From a virus (taxonomy: Duplodnaviria; Caudoviricetes): DNA of 64,000 nucleotides. The notes beneath the pieces are model-generated. The model was not told the DNA's origin. It saw only the letters and a list, made by a program, of their open reading frames with translations, and made no database searches. The position numbers and the translations under genes were made by a program. Location: positions 1 to 64,000 of IMG/VR virus record IMGVR_UViG_3300044612_001981, one strand, 5' to 3'. Of this stretch, positions 18,542 through 27,561 are shown piece by piece. The stretch's first letter is position 1; each line of letters begins with the position of its first letter.

Positions 18542-18747
18542 TAGTATCCGCCACAACATTCATTTCTAGTATGATAAAGTCTAATCTTTGTCAATGTTTT
18601 TTTATTTGGTGCGTAAAGATCTTCTTTGCAACAACCACATTTCATATGCCATTCTTTAGCAAAGAAATCGTAGACAGCGCCTACATAATTTTTGTACTTG
18701 TTATATACAAAAGTTTCAAACGGGTCTGGTATTTCGTAAGAAATCAT
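18541..18747 (-). CDS. Hypothetical Cys/His-containing protein
   Basis: CGCC...HTRNEC; has its own leaderless promoter. Confidence 0.7.
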   Translation of the reverse strand: MISYEIPDPFETFVYNKYKNYVGAVYDFFAKEWHMKCGCCKEDLYAPNKKTLTKIRLYHTRNECCGGY

Positions 18748-18753
18748 ATTGCT

Positions 18754-18782
18754 ATTTTACTAAATAATGCAGGGGCAGTCAA
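18754..18782 (-). promoter_or_regulatory. Sigma70-type promoter, leaderless
   Basis: TTGACT-N17-TAAAAT-N6-ATG(18747). Confidence 0.75.
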
Positions 18783-18795
18783 TAGACTACCCCTG
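18770..18795 (-). terminator. GC-rich hairpin after ssb (probable terminator)
   Basis: CAGGGGTAGTC-TATT-GACTGCCCCTG, about 12 nt after the stop. Confidence 0.6.
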
Positions 18796-18806
18796 ACAAT
18801 AAATAG

Positions 18807-19484
18807 TTACCAGACTAGGCTGCTGTCTGAATCTGAAGTAGACGAAGATTCTTGGCTTCCGCTTTCTCCGTTAAAAAACGCTTCTTGTTCAGTGTATGGC
18901 AGGTCGCGGATTGCAGTTGTTTCTAGATCATACAACTCAAGTGCTGACGAGTCAAATGGTGTTTCATCCTTAGCTAAAGGGATGATCGTGTAGCTTGTGT
19001 CTGTCTTAGTTCCAGTGCGCTTAATGCGCCACATAAGATTTGTAATTGAGCCCATTTCTCCAGCGTACTCAATTAGAGTTGGAGTAATAGTTTTTCCACT
19101 TGAACCTTGAGAAAGAATAGCTACGTAAGGCTCTTCTTTTCCGTCATCGATTAAAACATTCATGTAAAGTCGTGAACGGCCCTTCCAGCCCGCCTTATAA
19201 TCTTTGCGGTGTTGTTCGCAACCGTAGCATTTGCCTTGATCTTCCATTGAGCAAAGTGCCTTGCGCTTGTAATCTTTAGGGTTAGTGTGCTCTACGGCAA
19301 TAAATCCCAAACCTTTTGACTCGTCATATGTAGGTGAGTCTGGGTCAAGCTCTTGCAAGAAACGAACCTTTACGCTCTCTGCATCTTCTAGCTTTGCCCA
19401 ACGTGCTTTTGTTCCATCGCTTTCGCTATACGAAGGCTTATCCATTACTTGATTTAATCCTTTTAGTCCTTTTACAATACCCAC
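18807..19484 (-). CDS. Single-stranded DNA-binding protein (gp32-like)
   Basis: VRFLQ, H...C...CYGC Zn ligands, R.GTKTDTSY, acidic/Ser tail ending in W. Confidence 0.8.
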   Translation of the reverse strand: MGIVKGLKGLNQVMDKPSYSESDGTKARWAKLEDAESVKVRFLQELDPDSPTYDESKGLGFIAVEHTNPKDYKRKALCSMEDQGKCYGCEQHRKDYKAGWKGRSRLYMNVLIDDGKEEPYVAILSQGSSGKTITPTLIEYAGEMGSITNLMWRIKRTGTKTDTSYTIIPLAKDETPFDSSALELYDLETTAIRDLPYTEQEAFFNGESGSQESSSTSDSDSSLVW

Positions 19485-19539
19485 TTGTATCCTCTTTTCT
19501 TATAGTTGATGGTATAGATCCATCTGTCTGTTTAGTATA

Positions 19540-20535
19540 TCATATCCAAGAACGATATTCAATATCTGATACTGAATTTTTTACGCATGCTTTTATTTCT
19601 TCTTCAGTTAAATCGCCAGCATCTTTGGCTTTATTAGGATAAATTTCTTTATACCCAAATGAGGCCCAAGAAATATCTTTATTACGTAACTTGGATGAGA
19701 TAGAACTTCCTAGTTCTCTTCCAGCCTCATCTGCATCTGTCATTATAATTATCTTGTTAAAGTATCTATTTAACAAAGACTGCTGTTCATTTGAGAGAAA
19801 CCCTCCTAGCGTAGCAACAACGTTAGGAAATCCAGCCTGATGAATTCTTATTGCATCAAAATTAGATTCACATACTATTACCTGCTGGCCAATTTTTTTA
19901 GCCCTATGAATATTAAAAAGTGTTTTGCTCTTTGGCAAGTTAGTACTATTTTTAAAAGTCTTTCCCTCAATAGATCTTCCAACTATACCAATAGGGATTG
20001 CATCTGGGCTATGAACAGGAGTGACTACCATATTCATTGATGAAGAATATCCAAGATTAAAATGTTTCATAGAGTCTATGTTAATTCCTCTAGACTCAAG
20101 GTAGCTTCTAGCAATAGAACTGGATCCGAGATCTGAGTGAAGTCTATCTAGTGTCTCTTGAGAAAATTCTTGAAACACTGGCTTGTCAGAAAGTATATCT
20201 TCCATCATCTCGTCAAAATTATTAAGTGCTTCTGTTTCTTTATTTGCAATTAACCTTAGTGATTGAAAATCATTCTTGTGCATAGTTCTTTTAATTAATT
20301 CAATTAGTGTTCCAGTTTCTCCGCATGCTGGATTAAAGCAAATAAAGGCGCCAGATGTTTGACTTACGCTAAAACTAGATGTATGCCTATTGGAATGAAA
20401 TGGGCAGTAGCATAGGAAGTCATTACCTGTCTCACCAACAATGTTCAATCCAATTTCTTTTAGGATTGATTTGATGTGACTTGGGGCATATTCCGTGGAA
20501 TCAACTTGCTTTGAGTTATACCCTCTGATTGCCAT
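19540..20535 (-). CDS. DNA primase (CHC2 zinc finger + TOPRIM)
   Basis: CPFH...CFNPAC, YLESRGI, CESNFD, DADEAG, KDAGD; start refined to MAIRG. Confidence 0.93.
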   Translation of the reverse strand: MAIRGYNSKQVDSTEYAPSHIKSILKEIGLNIVGETGNDFLCYCPFHSNRHTSSFSVSQTSGAFICFNPACGETGTLIELIKRTMHKNDFQSLRLIANKETEALNNFDEMMEDILSDKPVFQEFSQETLDRLHSDLGSSSIARSYLESRGINIDSMKHFNLGYSSSMNMVVTPVHSPDAIPIGIVGRSIEGKTFKNSTNLPKSKTLFNIHRAKKIGQQVIVCESNFDAIRIHQAGFPNVVATLGGFLSNEQQSLLNRYFNKIIIMTDADEAGRELGSSISSKLRNKDISWASFGYKEIYPNKAKDAGDLTEEEIKACVKNSVSDIEYRSWI

Positions 20536-20768
20536 GCCTTCCTCTTTCCTACATATACACCATGAAGTGTCATTAAGAATCTCCATGTCTCGCCAGTGAA
20601 CTCAATTGAAAATGCTGTATCGATATCTAAAACTCTTACATATCCTTTGCCACGCATGTCCTGCACTAACAGGTTTTCATACTGCGGCTTCAAACTTATA
20701 AGCTGTGCATTATCATAAAACTCTACTTCTATTTGAAATCTTTTAATTCTTTTGTGCGTCATTTTCAA
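20460..20768 (-). CDS. Hypothetical protein
   Basis: ORF between helicase and primase. Confidence 0.7.
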   Translation of the reverse strand: MKMTHKRIKRFQIEVEFYDNAQLISLKPQYENLLVQDMRGKGYVRVLDIDTAFSIEFTGETWRFLMTLHGVYVGKRKAWQSEGITQSKLIPRNMPQVTSNQS

Positions 20769-21990
20769 ATGGATTTTCGTAAATCTCTTTCACGATACCT
20801 CTGTTGATATCCCAATCTAAGAATACTCCGAAGTCATGACCATGTCTATTCTTTCTAGATACGATCTCAATCATATCTGTTCCCTTATACTTATGAATAG
20901 CCATAGCCATATCAGCATCATATTCAATTGCTTTTGACCATGCAACCTGACTCATCATTGGTGGGTTATCCTGATCTGTAATATCATCTGCAGTTGCAGC
21001 AGTAATATCAATAATAGGAATATTATTTCTGACCGCCAAGTTTTTAAACTCACGAGAGATATTCATATTACGCTCAGTAGGAGCTTTTGAATTATTATTG
21101 TCTGTAAACAACTGGTGATAATCTAAGATAACAATGTCTGGCTTATGCTGATCAATCTTTGCCTGAATAGCATTGGGAGTTACATTACCAGAGCCTTCAT
21201 TAGAAACTAGAATAAACTTGTTCTTGTCCGCAAACTTTTTGCCAGACCAACTTCTGAAATCATCAATGTTAATATCTCCCTTTGCAAAGTCACTGGCTTT
21301 AAATAAACCAGACCCAAGCATAGTATAAATTCTGTCACGCATATTTTCTGGTGTCATTTCAAGAGAGACAATCATGGGCTTAAATCCCTGCTCCCAGGCC
21401 TTACAGGCTAGGTAAGAGGTGAACCATGTCTTACCCTTTCCTGGCCAGCCAATAGCGACTATAAGGTGCCCTGGAGCCATTCCAGTGGGGTATGCAAGGT
21501 CGATTGACTGAAAGCCAGTCTTAATCCCTGGAGATCCCCCCATCTCGGCTGTACGGGCCTTCAGGGCCTCTAAATGCTTAATTGCGTTATCAGCATCTGT
21601 CACATCTAAGTCACGGACATTATTAGTATATTTATTTAAGCTAGCAAGCTGTGACTGCAATTCGTTAATAACTCTGGAAGCAACATCTTCTTTTAGCATT
21701 GATCCACCACGAATTAAAATGCTCTTTAGCTTGCTAGATAAAAATTCATTCTTAAGATTATCTAAATAGTAGGCAGTTTCAGCTGTTACATTTAGGTCTG
21801 GCTCGAAGTCTTTGAACTTCTCTTGCAGTATTCCTACTTCTGGAATACCCTTAAATTTGCTGTAATATGACTTTAAGCCTTCCCAAACATCTCCGTGTGA
21901 AGTAAATAGCTCATCTACATTTTCAGCCATAACAACGCTGATGTCTTTATTCTTACAGATAGCAGAAATTAATGTTGCTTCGGTATTCAT
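20743..21990 (-). CDS. dnaB: DnaB-like replicative helicase
   Basis: GWPGKGKT, SLEM, ILDYHQL, IEYDAD, KNRHG. Confidence 0.93.
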   Translation of the reverse strand: MNTEATLISAICKNKDISVVMAENVDELFTSHGDVWEGLKSYYSKFKGIPEVGILQEKFKDFEPDLNVTAETAYYLDNLKNEFLSSKLKSILIRGGSMLKEDVASRVINELQSQLASLNKYTNNVRDLDVTDADNAIKHLEALKARTAEMGGSPGIKTGFQSIDLAYPTGMAPGHLIVAIGWPGKGKTWFTSYLACKAWEQGFKPMIVSLEMTPENMRDRIYTMLGSGLFKASDFAKGDINIDDFRSWSGKKFADKNKFILVSNEGSGNVTPNAIQAKIDQHKPDIVILDYHQLFTDNNNSKAPTERNMNISREFKNLAVRNNIPIIDITAATADDITDQDNPPMMSQVAWSKAIEYDADMAMAIHKYKGTDMIEIVSRKNRHGHDFGVFLDWDINRGIVKEIYENPFENDAQKN

Positions 21991-22307
21991 AGTCCGCCTT
22001 CCTCCACCATTTTCTTGGTATTCTCTCTCAATAAACGACGTGTCTCGATATCTTTTTGCAATTCAATTCTGGTCTGTTCCATTTTGTCAAAGTTATAATA
22101 GAAGAACTGCAATGGGTGACCAAACTTTTCTAAAGAAAAATAATAGTTCATTAGATCAATTGCCTTATCCATTCCAACGCTATCTATGACATCTTGCATG
22201 GCCCACTTTTCTCTAAACTTATTTATGGTTGCAGGCTTCTTATACTTTTCAGTGTAAAGGTTTTGGTAAAGACTCATCAAAACATATGGCTCTTTATTAT
22301 TTGCCAT
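21987..22307 (-). CDS. Hypothetical protein
   Basis: ORF overlapping both neighbours in the replication operon. Confidence 0.75.
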   Translation of the reverse strand: MANNKEPYVLMSLYQNLYTEKYKKPATINKFREKWAMQDVIDSVGMDKAIDLMNYYFSLEKFGHPLQFFYYNFDKMEQTRIELQKDIETRRLLRENTKKMVEEGGL

Positions 22308-22500
22308 TCTTAAGCTCTTCTTCTACCTCAGCAGTTTTTTGAATTAACTTTCCCTCAACAAATGCGTAAACTCTTTCTGTGGCAGCATCGACTGTCTCTC
22401 CCTGCCTAACATCATCTTCAACCCCTACGCCAATTTTAATGCTCTCGTAGTTACCTAGATTTCTGGTAAAAGAAAGATCCACCTTGACTCTTGTTGTCAT
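22297..22500 (-). CDS. Hypothetical protein
   Basis: TRNLGNYES motif; AAGGAG SD. Confidence 0.75.
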   Translation of the reverse strand: MTTRVKVDLSFTRNLGNYESIKIGVGVEDDVRQGETVDAATERVYAFVEGKLIQKTAEVEEELKNGK

Positions 22501-22607
22501 TTGTTGTGCTCCTTAATATGTCTATTCAATGTAAAGTGTGCAAAACCAGATCTTACCTCTATGTCTTTTTTACATATAGGACAAAAAATAGTTCTGTTGC
22601 TTGCCAT
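22497..22607 (-). CDS. 36-aa C2H2-type zinc finger peptide
   Basis: Hand translation MASNRTIFCPICKKDIEVRSGFAHFTLNRHIKEHNK; TAATG and ATGA coupling at both ends. Confidence 0.7.
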   Translation of the reverse strand: MASNRTIFCPICKKDIEVRSGFAHFTLNRHIKEHNK

Positions 22608-23089
22608 TAATCCGCCTTCCAAACTGGTACGAACCCGCTACTTGTCTTAGTATACAATACAAAGCTGTGTTTGAGAAGAGCCAATAATTCTGCCTTTGAT
22701 GGCATATTATTAGAATGGCCAGAATCTAAAATATATTGATGTAAATCTAATATATCTTCTTCGCTAAACATATACTTAGACCAGCCTTCTTTAGAAAGTC
22801 TTCCTATTGGATATATCTTTTGAGGTGTCTTAATCTTTTCCTCTAGTATATAATCCTGTATTGTCACTCTGTGCTTATTCAACATCTCTGCAACTTGCAC
22901 AACGCTGTATGCGTTGCCCATATGTTTATTGACTTCTGAGTAAGGATACAGAACCCTTTTTGCATCTGGATAGCACCAAGCAATTACTTGGTCTTTGGCT
23001 CTTGATGAGCTAATGACCTTATGTATTTTCCCGTTTAAGAAGAAATACCGTATCGCTTTAATTGATCTTCCTCTATCTTTTCCAGCCAT
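22607..23089 (-). CDS. HTH (MerR/excisionase-like) DNA-binding protein
   Basis: YSVVQVAEMLNKHRVTIQDY...YMFSEEDI. Confidence 0.7.
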   Translation of the reverse strand: MAGKDRGRSIKAIRYFFLNGKIHKVISSSRAKDQVIAWCYPDAKRVLYPYSEVNKHMGNAYSVVQVAEMLNKHRVTIQDYILEEKIKTPQKIYPIGRLSKEGWSKYMFSEEDILDLHQYILDSGHSNNMPSKAELLALLKHSFVLYTKTSSGFVPVWKAD

Positions 23090-23223
23090 TTGCCCAACTT
23101 GTTTGTATTTTTATTCATCATCCAGCGCTTGCCGCACATGATGCAAAACAATTCCATATGTAGCTTCTGAGAAAACACTCTATCTACAAATACTCTTCCA
23201 TTACATTTATTACATGTTATCAT
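23035..23223 (-). CDS. Zinc-ribbon protein
   Basis: CNKCNG...CIMCG; start refined to MITC. Confidence 0.7.
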   Translation of the reverse strand: MITCNKCNGRVFVDRVFSQKLHMELFCIMCGKRWMMNKNTNKLGKWLEKIEEDQLKRYGISS

Positions 23224-24020
23224 ACTTGGAAAAACTTTCCATCCACAACGCATGAGTAATCTGGTGAAACATGTATCATTTGAATATGGGGATAATCATT
23301 TACGATGTGTGCTACCGCAAACCCCTTTTGCCAGTCGTGATGTTGAGTGTACTTCATTCCTGGACCTTTTTCATCACACATGTGACCAATCTCATATCCT
23401 CTAAGAGTTTCTCCTGCACCATTATTTCTCAATTCATATGTAACCATATGTGAAGCAATTCTGTGCGAGTGACCTCTAATCAAAGATACCTGCATATCTT
23501 CCATGTCTTTTCTTGCAGACCCAGTTGCTGCAATTGAAAGACCATGATGAACGTGAATATCTCCGAAGCGGCGTTTAGGAAGCTCGTCATAATAAATGTA
23601 TTCATATCCAAGTGAGTCTAGAGACCACAAAGCCTCTGGAGTTACTTCATTAATATAATCTGGAAGCTTGGCATCAACATAATTGAAGATACGTATATCG
23701 TGATTACCTAAAGCAGAAAATAGCTGTGCATTAGGAAGCATCTCTCTAGTCTTTGCATAGAAATCTCTTGCACCCTTTGCTTCATGTCGCATCATTGGAA
23801 CGATTAAGTCCCTGCTATCATTTTTGTGAAGCTGCATAAATTCTGCTGAGCGGCCTTCTGTATACTTGCTATAACATGCCTGATCATCTGTATCACCAAG
23901 GTAGTCAACGACATCTGGCTTAAACCATTTCATTACCTTAAACCAAAGCTCAATCATTTTGTCATCTTGATAAGGGAATTGCTGATCCGAAGATAGCATC
24001 CACTTTAAATCATTTGTCAT
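23220..24020 (-). CDS. Calcineurin-like metallophosphoesterase
   Basis: SDQQ, GDTDD, GNHD, HHG, GHSH. Confidence 0.85.
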   Translation of the reverse strand: MTNDLKWMLSSDQQFPYQDDKMIELWFKVMKWFKPDVVDYLGDTDDQACYSKYTEGRSAEFMQLHKNDSRDLIVPMMRHEAKGARDFYAKTREMLPNAQLFSALGNHDIRIFNYVDAKLPDYINEVTPEALWSLDSLGYEYIYYDELPKRRFGDIHVHHGLSIAATGSARKDMEDMQVSLIRGHSHRIASHMVTYELRNNGAGETLRGYEIGHMCDEKGPGMKYTQHHDWQKGFAVAHIVNDYPHIQMIHVSPDYSCVVDGKFFQV

Positions 24021-24038
24021 TGTTTACCCTAATGTTAG

Positions 24039-24062
24039 CAGGCCATGAATATTCATGGCCTG
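24039..24062. repeat. Perfect 24-bp palindrome in the leader of the replication operon
   Basis: CAGGCCATGAAT|ATTCATGGCCTG. Confidence 0.9.
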
Positions 24063-24076
24063 AAGCGCTACATCAA

Positions 24077-24104
24077 ATTGTAGCATTATGTGTTATATTG
24101 TCAA
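24077..24104 (-). promoter_or_regulatory. Sigma70-type promoter for the phosphoesterase/replication operon
   Basis: TTGACA...TGCTACAAT (extended -10). Confidence 0.75.
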
Positions 24105-24107
24105 TAC

Positions 24108-24569
24108 TTATTGTATTAGTGATGTACCGCCGCCGCCGCCTTTATAGACTGCAGAGGATTGAGTTTCTGATGGGCTAACGGCAATCCACTGAACATACAC
24201 ATTGCCATTTCTTGTTGCACCTATATTTTGCATTCTTACAGTAAACTCTGTTGCAGATGCGCTTGTTACAATTGGCAGATATTTTTGAGTTGTAAAATTT
24301 TCTCCACTTGTCTGCCATATTGTGCATACTATGTTAGGTCTTACGGCAAAAGTCTTGTTGAATTTAATAGTAGCTTTGCCACTATTATCCATCTTGCATT
24401 CAACTGATGGTCTGCCAGAATCAATTACCTGAGTACTAGGAGTATTTGCATCTCCACTAGTAGTCTTTACCATGCTGTTAAGTAGGTTAATGTTTGTAAC
24501 TATGTTACCCAAAAGCTCGGATGTGATTGGATCACCTTCGTTAACCAGCATTTGTTTAAAATCTGCCAT
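24108..24569 (-). CDS. Minor tail/fibre-associated protein (H-lectin/gp53-like beta domain)
   Basis: IKFNKTFAVRPNIV...SATEFTV...VQWIAV. Confidence 0.55.
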   Translation of the reverse strand: MADFKQMLVNEGDPITSELLGNIVTNINLLNSMVKTTSGDANTPSTQVIDSGRPSVECKMDNSGKATIKFNKTFAVRPNIVCTIWQTSGENFTTQKYLPIVTSASATEFTVRMQNIGATRNGNVYVQWIAVSPSETQSSAVYKGGGGGTSLIQ

Positions 24570-24570
24570 T

Positions 24571-24717
24571 TTACTTCTCCTCTGACTCCTCAGTCATTTG
24601 TTCTTTTTGAAGCTGTGTTATTTCTGCACGAAGAATTGCAATATGCGTCTCATATTGTGAGACTAGGTCTCCAATTCTTTGCTGTAGTGCTGCTATTACT
24701 AATTCTGCTTTTTCCAT
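24571..24717 (-). CDS. Small coiled-coil protein (48 aa)
   Basis: Hand translation MEKAELVIAALQQRIGDLVSQYETHIAILRAEITQLQKEQMTEESEEK; AAGGA SD. Confidence 0.7.
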   Translation of the reverse strand: MEKAELVIAALQQRIGDLVSQYETHIAILRAEITQLQKEQMTEESEEK

Positions 24718-24750
24718 TATATTCCTTTTCTACTCATAATAAGGATACCA

Positions 24751-27561
24751 TTATACTTCAAGTGCGTCAAGTCTTTGGATTAGAAGATCTATCTGACGAC
24801 TCTGTTTTTGTATCAGCGCCAACATACCTGGTACTATCATATTGGTATTCCATCTTTCTGGAAGACCATCATCGTTGTAGTCTACGGCTGATGGATAGAC
24901 TAATTCAACTTCTTCTGCTATAAATCCAGGTATTAAAGCACCAAATCTTTGGTCAGATTCTGAAAGATGATCGGAATTATATTTAAATGCTCTTACTGGA
25001 ATATCTAATAAGTTTTCTGGTTTAAGCAAATCTACAGAATCTATATCAACAATGTCAGTCTTGTATCTTCTACTTGAAGATGTATTTACTCTTAAAAATC
25101 CACTTGATTGAGTTATAAAGTTTGAAGTAGATGCTGTTCCTAATGCATTGGCATATATGTTTCCACCAGGCAATAACTTTATTTTTACAGTTGTTCCGTT
25201 ATCATCATTATTTGATCCATCATGACCAACCATTAAGTTTCCACTAATTCTTACGTCATTCCATCTAAATGATCGTGTTCCCAAATCAATGTTTGGGGTT
25301 CCTGGCATGTAAGGATAGCAGTGTGTAGTCCATCCACCAACAGATGTGTTTTTAAATCCAATGGCTCCTACAGATATTCCTCCAGTAGACACACCACCTA
25401 GCGTTGATCCAGTCTCAAAAAAGTTAGAGGTATTGTCTGTTCCGAAAGTAACCTTACCAATTGTTCCAGTAGCTGCAGAAAGATTTCCAGAAAAAGAGGC
25501 ACTACCAGATGAAGAAATTGCAAAAGTTGTTTTTGTGCCATCATATGCTGTAAGTCCTGCTGAATTTAATACAACATATGACCCACTGGATGGTATTGAT
25601 CCTTGAGACGTATTGATAGTAAAATTGCCTGGTGTTATTACTATACCATTAGATGTTATATTTGTGATTTGATTGTTAGCAGTTGCAATTGCAAAGCCGC
25701 CAGCCTCTAGCTTTGTATCTAAAGCTACTTTGGTGGCATAAGTTGTATCTGTTCTTTGTGTCCATGATGACCCAGTCCAAGTTTTAAGGGCATTCCCAGC
25801 ATTAGTCTGTATCCATATATCTCCAACTTTTGTGGCAGTAGGCTGACCATCCTGAACAAAGATAGCATTCTTTGTACCAATAGCAGTATTTAGTGTTGTG
25901 TATCCACCTTCAACAGTTATAAGTCTGCTGTTGATTCCTGCTGTTACCGCTGTTGTAGTATATCCATCAATCGTTGATCCAGCGCCCAATCCAATCACTG
26001 CATTTGTTGCGTATAATGTACCGTCTGCTCCTACTCTAAATTTAGCATTAGCATCTGGAGTATTGTTTCCAGCCCACATAACGAAGCTTCCAGAAGACTT
26101 TAAATAAACACTTTGAGCTGCTGTTGATCCAACTTGAATTTGTCCAGCACTATCTAGGATTATATTGTTTTTAGATAAGGTTGTATTTGTTATATTCCAG
26201 CTACCTATGCTTCCTGCATTTGCTGTAATTGTTCCATTTGCTGCAGACAAAGTCACTGAGTTGCTGCCATTTGCAACTTTAAGACCAGTTGAGTTTAGTG
26301 CAAATCCGTTGCCAGTTAGATTACCAGTGGCCGCATCAATTGTTCCGCTATATATTGCTGAGCCTTTTCCTCCACTTGGATTAGACATAAATATGTTTCC
26401 GCTAAATGTTCCGCCTTTTGCATTAATATCTCCATCTATAGTTAGCTTAGCCCCGTCCCACAAAAGATAATTTGAAGTTGGTCCACCAACTTTAAATAAA
26501 GCAGATTGGTTAGAGTCTATGTGCCAGTAGTTACTTGCATTAAATAATAGTCCTCGTTTGCCAGTTTCTATTCCATATCCAAATTTAAAGGCAGTTGAAT
26601 CTGCATCGCCAGCATTTGCCTTTGCTCTAAAAAATCCACTGACATCTACTGTGCTTGCAATATAAGGGGTTCCACCAACAGTAACATTTGTTCCAGCAAC
26701 ATAGCTAGACGATGTGTTGTTGTATTCATCATATGTTGCAACTGCTATTTCATAAACCAAACCTGCACCTAATCCCGCAAGCCTGTATGAAGTTCCAGTT
26801 CCAGGAGAGTCCGCATATGAGTAGCTTGACTCTGGAGTAGTTATTGGCCTAAATCTTATTCTATATCCACGGATTCCACCTCCAGTAACTGCTGGCCATG
26901 ATATGTTTGCGTATCCGTTAAACCCTACAATTCCTGTGGTGTCTAGTCCGCCAGATGTGTTTACAGAATCAACGTTTCCTGGACCAGTTACATCTACTAC
27001 AATTGGGTCAGTTGCCTTAAATGGACCAGATATTACACTTTTTTTATGAAAATCTTGATCTCTAGTATCTACACGTATCCATCTATTATTTGTATCAGAC
27101 ACCAAGATTGTTGCAGAGTTTCCAGTACCATTCCAAACTAAATACTCTTCTCCCGCAAAAGCTCCAGTTAGGCTTTCATAAATTTGTGCATCTATAAACC
27201 ACTTGTTCTCTGGTAAATTTTTGTCTATCAGATCCCACTTAACTCCATATGAAAGCAATCCAGGAGTTACGACTAAATTTGTAACTGGCCTAGTTAAATC
27301 TGGGGTGTCTAGCGTAAAAGTAAAGTTTGGAGAGCGAGGACCTACTAATGTTTCTGAAGGATTTTCTGGGTCTTCATATAGATAGGCAAAAGCAAATTGA
27401 TACTTACCTCCTTGTACAACATTGAGTCTCAATCTTTGTACAGTAAAAGATCCTGGAGTTTTTTTGCTTGCATTCGCAGCAGCCTCAGTTGCTGTTGGCT
27501 CTTGGTCTGGTGGGATAACTTCTCCTCCACCGTCTATAACCTGAATCCATCTGAATGACAT
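24751..27561 (-). CDS. Tail fibre/central spike with FN3 domain and C-terminal peptidase S74 intramolecular chaperone
   Basis: FN3-like ISWPA...GYRIR...GL..G.VYEIAV; Gly/Thr/Asn-rich beta region; SSRRYKTDI...GFIAEEV. Confidence 0.8.
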   Translation of the reverse strand: MSFRWIQVIDGGGEVIPPDQEPTATEAAANASKKTPGSFTVQRLRLNVVQGGKYQFAFAYLYEDPENPSETLVGPRSPNFTFTLDTPDLTRPVTNLVVTPGLLSYGVKWDLIDKNLPENKWFIDAQIYESLTGAFAGEEYLVWNGTGNSATILVSDTNNRWIRVDTRDQDFHKKSVISGPFKATDPIVVDVTGPGNVDSVNTSGGLDTTGIVGFNGYANISWPAVTGGGIRGYRIRFRPITTPESSYSYADSPGTGTSYRLAGLGAGLVYEIAVATYDEYNNTSSSYVAGTNVTVGGTPYIASTVDVSGFFRAKANAGDADSTAFKFGYGIETGKRGLLFNASNYWHIDSNQSALFKVGGPTSNYLLWDGAKLTIDGDINAKGGTFSGNIFMSNPSGGKGSAIYSGTIDAATGNLTGNGFALNSTGLKVANGSNSVTLSAANGTITANAGSIGSWNITNTTLSKNNIILDSAGQIQVGSTAAQSVYLKSSGSFVMWAGNNTPDANAKFRVGADGTLYATNAVIGLGAGSTIDGYTTTAVTAGINSRLITVEGGYTTLNTAIGTKNAIFVQDGQPTATKVGDIWIQTNAGNALKTWTGSSWTQRTDTTYATKVALDTKLEAGGFAIATANNQITNITSNGIVITPGNFTINTSQGSIPSSGSYVVLNSAGLTAYDGTKTTFAISSSGSASFSGNLSAATGTIGKVTFGTDNTSNFFETGSTLGGVSTGGISVGAIGFKNTSVGGWTTHCYPYMPGTPNIDLGTRSFRWNDVRISGNLMVGHDGSNNDDNGTTVKIKLLPGGNIYANALGTASTSNFITQSSGFLRVNTSSSRRYKTDIVDIDSVDLLKPENLLDIPVRAFKYNSDHLSESDQRFGALIPGFIAEEVELVYPSAVDYNDDGLPERWNTNMIVPGMLALIQKQSRQIDLLIQRLDALEV

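Noticed and set aside
8025-21990. Inteins or introns in terL, recA, dnaE, dnaB
   Set aside because: Proteins are of normal length with contiguous motifs; no intein splice motifs or homing endonuclease seen
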